Assembly (NCBI GenBank): GCA_002189035.1
Contig: CM007990.1
Span: forward strand, 6,014,001-6,078,000
Length of the DNA stretch: 64,000 nucleotides
Direction: 5' to 3'
From: Utricularia gibba
Taxonomy: Eukaryota; Plantae; Magnoliophyta
This document shows, in pieces, positions 35,244-49,765 of this stretch (the first letter of the stretch is position 1; every line of letters begins with the position of its first letter). A program made the translations under genes and the position numbers. The notes beneath the pieces are model-generated. The model was not told the origin of the DNA. It did no database searches and was given only the letters and a program-made list of their open reading frames with translations.

Positions 35244-37662
35244 TTAGTCGCTGCAGCACTGAGCGTTTTTCTGTTCTTGAAGTTTTTGCCACAAGCAAAT
35301 CAGCTCTCGGGGACCCTGGTAATGTGCTACGATGTATCCGTCCTTGCAGCCGTCATTGATGATCCTCTCATCGTGTTTGTATTCCACTTCCATTCCTTTC
35401 TTCTTCATATTTGCGATCCATGTGCCCATTGCAACGTCTTCCAGCTTGAACATCTGCGACACGGAATTAGTTGGCCAGAGTTATTCCGGGTTCTCCTGGG
35501 TAGGAAGATGAGGGTAAATGATGTTGTCTCACCTTAAGCCGACCCTTCCTGTATTTCTTCCACACCATTTTCGCAATGTTGTTTGATACTACGTAGCCAG
35601 GACCATGAGCCCAAGGTGGGTACTTGTCTTCAGGCCATTCCTATTTTTTTTTTTTTTCAAAAAAAAGAAGATGAACACCTGTGTGGGTTACTGAAATTCT
35701 CAGCAAGGTTGATGAAGCAAGTACCTCGACACTGATATACCATTTGCTGCTGGTGTCACGGCTTGGCTGCGAGTCTGATTCGATGCTCCCATAGAGCAAA
35801 CCATGGGTCTCATTGATCTTCGGTAAAGAGTTCAGAATCTCGTCAACACGGACAAATGCATCATCATCCGTCTTCATGATGAACTTTGATGAGACCTCCT
35901 CGGTCTGTTAAATTGAAGAGACTGAGGTCAATGGAGTACAAAACAGTTGCAAGTAAGCAGAGGGAGGACCAGAGATCCTGCGCTTTTTACCCCAAAGATG
36001 CAGATGGCAATGCTCTTCAAGGTGATAATACTGTAATAGTCAACGTAAGGCATCAACTGGATATCACCGTAAGTTTGTGCTTCGTTCCAGAGCTCCTCAT
36101 TCACCATCTGGTTTTTATGCTACAAGACAGAAGACAATCGTGTTTCATATGACCAATCTATGCAACGCCGGTTTTGCTAAATCTCTTCTGAAGCATACCA
36201 GGCCAACGAAGAAACGAACAGCAACCCTTCCAGACCGTATTTCAGGATATTGCATCCATGATCTCCGAACAGACATTCTGTGCTTAAAGTTGTTGGCAGT
36301 GGAGAAAACACCAATGAAAAGATCTAGTTTTTTGGAAGCAGGTAATGGAACGGCTTTCAGTGATCCCAAGTCCATGATGTGTTCCAAATCTTCCGATGTT
36401 GGTAAACCATTTGCAACAACCGATATCAAATTTATATCTCCTGAAATCCTCACCTGACTCACAAGCCATGGCTCCAATGTCTGCAGATACATGGTCACAA
36501 GAAATGAATATCTAGTTGTCTTTTGCAAGTCAAACTCAGAAAACCTTAGAAAAAGTGGGTGGAAAAAAGCTTACTTCACGAAAAGCGAATGAAGTTATGT
36601 GCTTTCCATCTACCGACACTTGGATTCCTTCTGATCCAACTCTGAGAGTAGCTACGAATAAATCATTTAACCTGAAAGGGAAGAATTTTTCTGGATTTCC
36701 ATCTCGTGCAATCGGCATTCTTGATGATCCGTTAGAATGTCGAATCATTTTTCTAGTCTGGTTTATAACTTTGCCCACCATCTCATTGCACAACTCCAAC
36801 TCATCCACTAAGCAACATTAGAAAAAATCAAACGCAACATCAGAAAGCAACGACAATGGAACACTACTTAAGCAAAAACCTCGAAATCAAATGCAGCATC
36901 AGAAAGCCTGGTACCTTTTTTTGGTGTCGTTTCATCAGAGGGACATCGCTCCTCATCACCCCAATCATGTCCAGCAGTCCAAGTGTTTTGAACAATCACT
37001 GGATCTTCAGTCACTTTATCACCATGCAGTCTCACATTATAGTGCAATATAATAGGCGCATCTGGCTCTCCTGGGAGAGGTTCACCAGTCAGGTCAACTC
37101 TGAAGTTTCCAAGGAAGCCATTCGGAATGCCTATGAATGTGATTGAAGAACCTTGCGTCAAGCCACAAGGAACTTTGAACTTGAAGCCAGTGCCATCAAC
37201 TTCCGAGGCATTAATTTTACTTAGAAAATGGGGACACAGTTTCTGCTTTCCTTTCTTCGCCGAAGAAGAATTGTTACGCAATCTTTCTTCTTCGATAGAA
37301 GCAACCAGGTTAATCCAAGCAGCCCCTGCTTCCTTAACCGCATCAGCAGCATTGGATAAGGACTGAGCATTAGAAAGCACTCGCTTCAGACGCTCAAATG
37401 TCAGCAATGAAACCTTTTCTTCTACTGAAAAGTTAGTTGGGGCCAAAAAAAGTGTTACAGCAGGAATAGCTGCAGAAGTATTCCCTGGAGTCAGAGGTGA
37501 AGGAGGAGAACCACCATTAATCCACTTGAGAGGATCCGTCCCATTAACACTAGTAAAACTCGTATTGTAAGCCCTGTCGATCGGGTATATGATGGCATAG
37601 AATCCCATACCCAGAAACAACAAGAAGCATATTGATAGAGCACCGCATAACCTTTTCCTCAT
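35244..37662 (-). CDS. GALT1: Beta-1,3-galactosyltransferase, GT31 with galectin domain
   Basis: [71 protein letters not shown] and [10 protein letters not shown]. Confidence 0.93.
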
Positions 37663-39234
37663 TTCTGCACACACACATGCCAATTCATGTGTGTGAAGAT
37701 ATCACTATTTAGCCAATCCTGCAGCCCGAAAATGCAGAGCCTGCCAAGGAGTAGGAAACCATGAGCCACGAATCACAACAAATAAGCCAAGATTTACACA
37801 GCGAAGTTTAGAAAGAAGAAGAGGGAGGTCCAAGAAAACCTTTAGACGGCATATTTGTGTAGCTCAGTGAAATCCTTGGGCAAATTGAACTTGCGGACAA
37901 ACGTGAACTGACACCAAATCGAATACGATTCAGAATTTGAAAGACTAGACGAAGGCAATGAAGCATCACTTTTACGCAATGCAGATCTCGGTGTCAAGGA
38001 AAAACACAATCTTTCCTCCTTGGTTCAACCAAAGTCTCTCATTCAGACAATCCGCGACGACAAAGTCAAAAAATAACAGCTTCTCCGATGGAAGAAAATC
38101 AAATCAGAAAATTAAAAAGAAAAAAAGAGGAAAGAAAAAGGAAAGGAACCGACGACGCTTTCCCACTAAACCCACAGAAGGGAAAAAGAAAGAGATAAAC
38201 GGCGTAAGGTAACGCAGTTACCTTGGCCAGGTGAATTAGCAGGGGTTACGAAAACGCTTGTGTAACTGCTGGGCTCCTCCCCTTGTTAAGAAAAAGGAGA
38301 GACAGCAGCTTTTCTTTAGGGCCACGGCAAAGGACTAAGCAAGCATTCAGGTACTTGGGATGGATTTCCAGGTACACACCCCCTGCACAGCGCAACTCAA
38401 CTCAACTCGCAGCAATGGGCATTGTCAGATCTCTGGGAATTAATTGCTTAGGCACAGCTACAACAATAAGTGTGATTCCCTGGAAGCAAAAGAACAGTTG
38501 GGATACGAAATTCGCCTTCCCGCAAAAGAAGTTGACTTTGGAAACTTCCATGCCCAACAACGTCGAATCCACGAGACAAAATGGTTGGGCGGTCGCCGTT
38601 GTCGTCGGGTAGACCCAGAACCATCCACCTTCAACCCAACGAACCCTTGGTTATATCGCTGGCTGGCTCGACTTCAAAATTAAGGATGGTTCACAGTCTA
38701 AAGTTGACAACGCTGCAGCAGGGGGGGTGCCCTAACCTGCCCTATTCTGCATTGATTGATGCTATTGCTGGCTGTACTGCCATACTTGGCGTGCAAAGGT
38801 CAACCCAGGACTTCGCTTATACGATGATGAACCCAACCCGGGTGGAGACTGAGACTGGGGCGGAAGGCATGCGATCGGATTACTTTAATGCCACGAAGCC
38901 GACCGAATCCAGGTGGGATGGGAATTGGGATATATAGTAATAAGCCAACGCTCTAAAAACAATTATTGTACAGAGGAGCAGAATAATGCATCTACTCCTC
39001 TGCCTACGATTGTGTCAAAATTAACAACTATTAAGTGTTGACTTTCGACTCAAGGTAACACGAGGCGAGGCATTCATTTTATGAGTACCAGAACCGGAGT
39101 CGCACACCAACTGGAAACCAGGCAAGAGATCAACAAATTGATTTGCGTCAACACACAAGCAATGGAGAACGAACCGAACCGAACCGCCCCGTGGTTTCTT
39201 TCTTTGTTTTCTTTGCGGTTCACATGCCCTCCTG

Positions 39235-42759
<3,525 letters not shown>

Positions 42760-43450
42760 TTGATTACCTCTACAGACGCGGATTGAATTCAAGGAAGAAT
42801 ATCATCAACGGGTAGAATGACAAAATCTTCTATGAAAAAATACCAAAATTTCGCAGTGACAACCAAGGACGACCCAAAGATCAACACCGTAACATACGGC
42901 TCCCATTCAAACAGCATTCCGTGAAGAAGATTACCTCGTATGGTATGCTCAGCTGAGCTAGATGAGAAAACAATAGCGGCGGCTCCTTGATGAAAGATTA
43001 CAAGGAAATTCGTGCTGCAAGGGTTTCTGGGCTTGTACAACTGGTACGCGATGCAACAATAGATGGAAATCAAAAGCTTGGAAGAAACTGAATTGGAATC
43101 GGACGGTTACGGTGACGCCGAGAATTCCAGACGCCGGTCGACAACCAATCCTCACCGTCCAAAGAGTGACGCTTCTTATCGAGAAATTCCGATTCCCACT
43201 GTAATTGAAGCCCAAATAGGCTGAAGCAAGCCCACGCCCGGCATTCTCTTCGATTCCGTACAAAATTGAGAATTATTTTTTAAAAAAAAAAACACAAAAC
43301 TGATTTCAATTTAACGTGATTTAAAAGATTTACAGTCGTGAAACGAGATAATATATTTAAATATTAAAACATAAATGCAAAACTAAGCAGCCAGGGGTTG
43401 AGTGCTTGGCGCAATTTGGTAGACTGCAGAATTGGCTGATGGTTGTGACG

Positions 43451-44966
43451 CTAAGTAGCAGCACCAAAGAGACTCCAGTCATGGACCCTGAAACTAGAGA
43501 CCGCACTTCGGAAGACTTCAATCACCGGCATGCGGCCGGAGTGCACGCCAGGTACTCGAGCCCCAGCGCCGACTGTGGCTGCACTTTCGCTCAAGGGGCT
43601 GGTAAAAAGAATTTATGTGAATGAACACCTATCGCGCAGTGAGGAGTGAAGCCTATCGGTAGAGCTTACTTGATGAGAATCGGTTCGTAGGCGGTGATCA
43701 GGACATCTGTATGAACAACCTTAAGGCGTATATTGGCTAGATAGACCTGGTGGATCATCTGCTGATTTGAAAAGAGTTCCAAAGTGCATGGGCAAATTAC
43801 AGTGATTGAAACCTAACCTTCACGATATTCTGTGCTTCTCTTCCCTGTCTTCCTTTGGATATGCCCTGTAAGCAAAAGTGCCATGGAGTAAGGGAAGAAG
43901 CACAAAAACAAAAACAAAAAAGTTTCCAAAGTGTTCACCATTTGGCCAACAGCAGTTGTAACGATAGCTGGACTACCATGAAATGTCAAACCAGGAGCTT
44001 CAAAAACATCAGACTGTTCAAGAACCTGAAGTTGCAGAGCGAAGGAAGATCATCATCACTAGCATACTGCAATAAAGCTACCTGCTTTTCATCATAACGA
44101 ATGAAGTCATACTGGTGTCAACAAAATTCACATGGAAACTGCAAAAAACATTGAAAATTGAGCACGACAAAAAAAATATATATATAGCGTTAAGAAAACA
44201 AAAAGCAACACAAGTTCACATCCCTACCACATGATCTACAAATTTAAGGAGCTACACAGAGATATACATATCAAGACTGCCAATCAATTACATTGGAAAA
44301 ATGAAGATGATGCATAAATCAAAATGACAATGTGTAATAGGATGAAGCAGGAGATACCCAAGCGCAAAAACAAGCCTTTTACACATTAATCGCATTAGCA
44401 GTCAACCAACGCAAATAAAACCTAAAGAACGACCAAGAATTTCAAAACCCCACCTTCTCATTCTGAAGCAACAAAGGTACAAAAATCCCAATTGATGAAA
44501 CTAGTCCTCTACCACCGCCACATTCTCGAACGAACATAAAGAAACGAGGGAAACTTGTATTCATACCAGAGTTCCCTCAGCATCCTGATAATGGGCAAGG
44601 TCTTGAAGAAACCAGGAGGCACTTCCTTCATCCGCCACTTCATTCTTGAGCTCCAGCAACTCAAATATCAAGCTCTCGTCTACAGCGCCATCAGCAAAAC
44701 CCTCCTGTAAAGAGAAAAACGTAATGCAATCCATACAAATCCACAACAAGTGCCACAGGGAATTTTAATTACCAAACCTGGTGATCAGGGACTTGGCGTA
44801 CACTGCTCACGTCCTACACCCAGAAAGAGTGGCTCCATTCAGAAACCCTAAAATCGGATTTCAAACAATCGAACAGTTGAATACACGAAACCTGGAAACG
44901 CAACGGAAAACTGGAGGTAATAGCGCCGCCGAAGAGAAAGCGATCGACGAGCGTGTCCTGAGCCAT
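43451..44966 (-). CDS. MOG1: Ran guanine-nucleotide release factor (Mog1/PsbP fold); 7 exons
   Basis: LFGGAI.S.FP.RFQ|DVS..RQVPDHQE, DES.IFELLE, ISKGRQGREAQN.VKVYLAN.RL...TDVLITAYEP, and FRVHDWSLFG. Confidence 0.9.
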
Positions 44967-45164
44967 TACTACACCGGCGAAACGAATCAGCGAAGTCAGG
45001 AATATGTGAAATTGCGCTAAATGTCACTCCGACAGTGCGAAATAAAGGAAAGAAAACTTACGACGATTCAAGAATTGCGATCGTCTTGCTCACTCAGCTT
45101 GGGATTGACGCAGGATTTCTTCGCGGTTAGATTCTTGCAAAAAAATTATAAAAAAGAGAAAATT

Positions 45165-45236
45165 TATCAGAGCGAGGTTTCGATCCTCGGACCTGTGGGT
45201 TATGGGCCCACCACGCTTCCGCTGCGCCACTCTGAT
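45165..45236 (-). tRNA. Initiator tRNA-Met(CAT)
   Basis: A1:U72 pair, three G:C pairs at the base of the anticodon stem (GGG/CCC), CAT anticodon, A54/A60 T-loop (ATCGAAA), and T-runs downstream. Confidence 0.97.
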
Positions 45237-45451
45237 TATTTGAATTGTGTTTATCTTATATTAGATAAATTAATATATTTTATGTTTTCCCAGCCCGCCA
45301 CTCTACATCTTTAGCAATAGCTTTCCCGCCGTTGAGGTGCATCAAAGCAATGAGGAATTCCACCGGTTACTTCGTTCGCAATGCCCTATTGACATTCGTC
45401 TTCCTTTGACGCCAAACTCGGATTTTCTTTCGAGAACTATCACCTTTGAAG

Positions 45452-47511
45452 ATGAGCTTGATGGACATTGCAAGGAAATTGGGCGTTTCTGAGTCGAAGC
45501 AGCTGGTGAATAAGGCTGCGGAACTCCGCCGCCTTGCTGACATCCAGTTCGATTCATCGGTTATAGGCGTCGTATGTTGTCTTTGTAGATGCGCGGTTGA
45601 ATTTTACAACTTTTGAGTTGATTAATGGTGTTGAAACTTTGAACTGGTTTTCAGGGCGAGATTTGCAAGACAGTCATTTGCTTGGAAATCGCTGCATCAA
45701 TGTAATCGCTTTAGGATTATGGAATCTCAGTTTCTCCTTTGTTCGTTTTTTTTTTTTGTTTATTTTTGTAATTGTTGTCGTCTCAGGATGGACTATGTGT
45801 TTAACCGGCAGGCGGCTGTAAAGCTTAGTGGGATGTCGGAGAAGGCGTATAATAGATCATTCAATTCAATGCAGAACGGCATTGGTGTGAAGTGCGTGTT
45901 CTGTATCAGTTTTCCATTGTTCTGTTTTTTTTATAGTAGGAGTGGTGTTAATAGAAGTGGGAACCCGCATGAAAAATCATTGACCCTTGTTGTGTGTGCA
46001 GGAATAAGCTCGATATAAGAGAGCTGGCTATTCAATTTGGTTGCGTGCGGTTGATCCCTTTTGTCCACAAAGGCTTGTCCTTGTATGCTCACTTAAGTTA
46101 CTATGATGTTTTCTTCAACTTTTCATATCTGAGTGATGCATGTACTTTAATTATAGAAAATCATCGTCAAGAAACTTGCTGATATAATGTGATGCATTCA
46201 GATTGATTCATTTTTGTGGAATACACAAGAATCTAGTGTGGAGAACTCTTATAATTGAAAACACTTCACAGTGCACTCATTTCGTTAACTTTTGTTTACA
46301 GGTATAGGCAACGGTTTCTTGCTAAGTTGCCACTGTCTCGTCAGTCTAGCACAGATTTTGCTCGACCTGTTTTCAATGCTGCAGCTTTCTATCTCTGTGC
46401 TAAAAAAAACAAGGCAAGAATCATCATATGAATAGTACTTCATCTAACATTGTTGGCCAGTTAGTCAAATGGTCTTTTTGGCTTACTGCAGCTTAAGGTA
46501 GACAAACCAAAGCTGATTGAGCTTGCCGGAACGTCGGAGTCAGAATTTTCTAGTGTAAGATTAAGTTCTTGAGAATGATTAGATCTATTTGTAGCGACAT
46601 GTGAATGCTTACGATATGAGTTGGTTTGACTCTAGAAAGTTAATCATACTTAGCATATTTCGTGTAACAGTTGACTATAGTTCTTGTGCCCAATGCTCAC
46701 CATCAATGGAATTTCAGGTTTCTATTTCAATGATGGACTTATGCTTTGACATATTTGGAATAGCAAAGGAAAAAAAGGACTCAAAGACAATTAAAGGAAA
46801 GCGAGGTAGAAAGAAGATCTTCTGCAGCCAAGCATTTAGTGATCAGTAAAATTTTAAAAAACACATGCTTTTCTGCACCTGACTTCGTATTTCCTGCCCT
46901 GCCTCCCAGAGCTTCTGGATGCTTTGCCTGAAAAAAAAAGACCTGAAGATGGTGGCTCTTGCTCCAGTGATGATGAGGTAAATATAAGCAAAAGTTATTC
47001 CTTGGGTTGATATTGCAAAGTACTAAAGTTACGAATGCCAAGAGCAAACATTCTTTGTCTCAGTACCTAACACAGAAACTTTAAGACTTTTGTGGTGACA
47101 CTCCTGGGTTGTCTACTAGAAGCAGCCTCGAACATTTATTCCTTCTCAAACTTTGAATAAAACACCTTCACAGTTTGGAGCAGAAGAACCAAACTTTTGT
47201 ACTAATTGTAGTTGAAATTGCCAGAGCATCAATCAGCTGTCTCATTATTTTGCACTGTATCTACTTGCAGCCTCATGGCGACAGGAAGTCGAAGCGAAAA
47301 GAGGATTATGAAGAATGGAAATCCCAGGTCGAAAGATCCAACAAACGCATCAAATCTCAAGGTAGTACCGCATTTCTTCAGCATAACAAGTTCATATTCA
47401 AGCAAGTAAGACGTTGCTATTACTACTGCAGCCCCAGCCAAGCCAACAAAACAGGTTACGCTTGATTTTCTAAAGGGGGTTCCTAAGATCACAACTCCTC
47501 AATCCTCTTGA
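45452..47511 (+). CDS. ORC6: Origin recognition complex subunit 6; multi-exon, one GC-AG intron
   Basis: KAAELRRLAD.QFDSS.IGVGEICK.VICLEIAA, KLSGMSEKAY, RELAIQFGC, FYLCAKK, LKVDK.KLI, DLCFD.FG and YEEWKS. Confidence 0.93.
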
Positions 47512-47793
47512 GGAGGTTGATGCAGGAACCGGTGGCCTATTCTGAAGTTTTGTTGAACAGATATTCTTTTGGTGATTCAAAGCTCAAATCTGCACCTAGA
47601 GAGAAACAAGAATGAAGTATATCATATTATTTCTTGCCAATGAATACAACAACTTGCTCAACCCAAATGTAACCAACAATCAACAAACATATTTTCTTCG
47701 CAGATCTTTTGAAAATCAAGTTTTGTATTTGAATAAGCAAACATCCATTCAATACAAAATTTGATTTTTAAAAGGTGTATGGAAAGAAGAGCA

Positions 47794-48767
47794 TCAAATG
47801 ACCCCTCCCGCATCGGAAACCTTCAGGTGTCTGAACGAAGACGGTAACAGTCTTCGGTGAGAAGCCCTTGTTCCCTTGAGTGCACTTCCGACGACTCCAA
47901 CCGCTTTCTCGCTCTTACATCCAGAAAAAATGTTGGGGTTTAGGAGCAACCTTCTTCTCGTCTTTGAGCTGTTGTTATCCACGCCCTGTTTCGCGTACTC
48001 GTTGGTTTCGGTGTGGGAGTAATCCGCAGCGCTGGCCGTGATCACGGTGCCTTCACTAGGAAGGTAGCGGTTTTTGTCGAAGGAGAATTCATCGGAATAA
48101 ACAGGGTATCCTCTGGACAAGAAATCGATCTCAAACAAATCCGAGCTGTTGTCACTATCACTCTCGTAATACATTTTCTCGTCACCCCATTTCGTGTCCA
48201 GTTTCAGGCTGATCTTACCTGTTCGCAAATCAAATTCAAAGTTACAACCGCTTTTGCTATGATGTTTCAGGAAGCAGATGCAGAAGCCTGAATATTACCG
48301 AACTCGGGTATCGGAGACCAGATATTCAGAGGTTTGCTAATGGCTGCGCCGTCCCTGTGCGGTTGATCTCCGCCCCCCGGACAAAAAGCTGGTAAGAAGT
48401 TGGAATTTGCGTCCCCCCAATCGTGGGATTTGCCGAATCCTGCTCCTGCACCTCTCCTTGTTTTATCAGGTGTGTAATCATCATCAACGTCCACAGAATC
48501 TTGGTCTGCACAGGAACAGTTAAAAATCGCGGCTGCTCTGTTTTTGGCATGCCTTCTGCTTCTTGAATTGGCCCTCACCAGCGAGCTTCTGCTGTTTCCC
48601 CTAGACATGGGAAAAACCGTGGGGGCCGCCTCTTTACCCGTGAAAACGTTTTCTTGGGTGAAGAGATCCCCTTTGAAGTACTTTTCGGCAGCGAACACAT
48701 CGGAATCCAGGGGCTTCAAGTTGAACTGAAAAGATGCTTTCGCATAGGAGATAACCGGCTCTGGCAT
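47794..48767 (-). CDS. PKS: PHYTOCHROME KINASE SUBSTRATE-family protein; one apparent 1-nt deficit
   Basis: VFAAEKYF, CSCADQDSVDV, SDNSSDLFEI, VITASAADYS and GCKSEKAV.V motifs are split over two frames, which join by restoring one base at 48270-48271 (324 aa). Confidence 0.8.
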
Positions 48768-49084
48768 TTCTATTCCCAATACTGAAGAATGAGCCAAGGA
48801 AAGCAGAAGACACCTCAATTCTGCACTTGAGGGAGTTCACCTGAACAGCTTTCCAATAAATATAGTGATGGGAGGGATAAGAGAGTGCATGAACCTCCCA
48901 GCTTTCCTCACCTGCTTGTATGCGCCCCACACGCTCACATTAGTTCCCAGTTTAATAAAAAAAGAAAAAGACGACGTAACATCATTCATCATTTTTTTGT
49001 AAGAAAAACCATCATCAGCGTCCTGGCGGCACCCCCACAATTTGGTTGGGCACATCCCAGTAATGAAGGATGGTGACCGCACAA

Positions 49085-49111
49085 CCCCTGCCCCTGCCCC
49101 TGCCCCTGCCC
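49085..49111 (-). repeat. (GGGGCA)n hexamer repeat with canonical G-quadruplex spacing, upstream of PKS
   Basis: The + strand shows four CCCC runs and one CCC run separated by TG dinucleotides. Confidence 0.7.
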
Positions 49112-49765
49112 ATCGCCATGTGCCTCTTCTTCTTCTTCTTCTACTACTACTCTCTGTTATTATCTCCCTAAAACATGCCTCAAATACCAACACGTGCGTT
49201 TGAAAACCAACAAAACCGATTAGGATTACTAGTTGGGTTTTAGAAGGTCGATTTTTGCTTTGCACCAGTTAAGCAGCCAGCCGGGCGAGGCGTCTATTTT
49301 GGCACAGCTCATCGAGGGTCGACTTTGCTAGTGGCTGCCAACGATGACCATCCTCGGCCTGCGCTGGAGTGGTGGTTTTCGGGCAGCGTCGGCCACCCCG
49401 ATCTCCATCGTGGAGCTCCCAGTCCACAGCTGCCAAGGCCTGAGGGTACCTGTCATTCATTCGTTCACAGGGCGGCCGCCCTCATTCTTTCCATTAACTC
49501 ATTGGGATGGGATGGGATGTGATGTCTATGGGGAGGGGAAGATTAGTAGTAGTAGTAGAAGGGTGCAACTGCTTTTCATTGGCATTTAATAGCAGCCACC
49601 ATGAAGGAAAGGAAGGCCAGCTTCTTTTTTTCTGTGGAAGACCACTCCAAACATGTCCCTTTTAATGCTGAATGTGTGTGATGTGACTCCATGATATCAA
49701 ACATTATCACCCTTCAAGGTTGGTATGGGAGGGATCAGTGCACCTGGCTGACTGCCTGTGCAAAC

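Noticed and set aside
43671-43765. TGATGA...CTGA resembling a box C/D snoRNA
   Set aside because: It lies antisense to a MOG1 coding exon and has no terminal stem.
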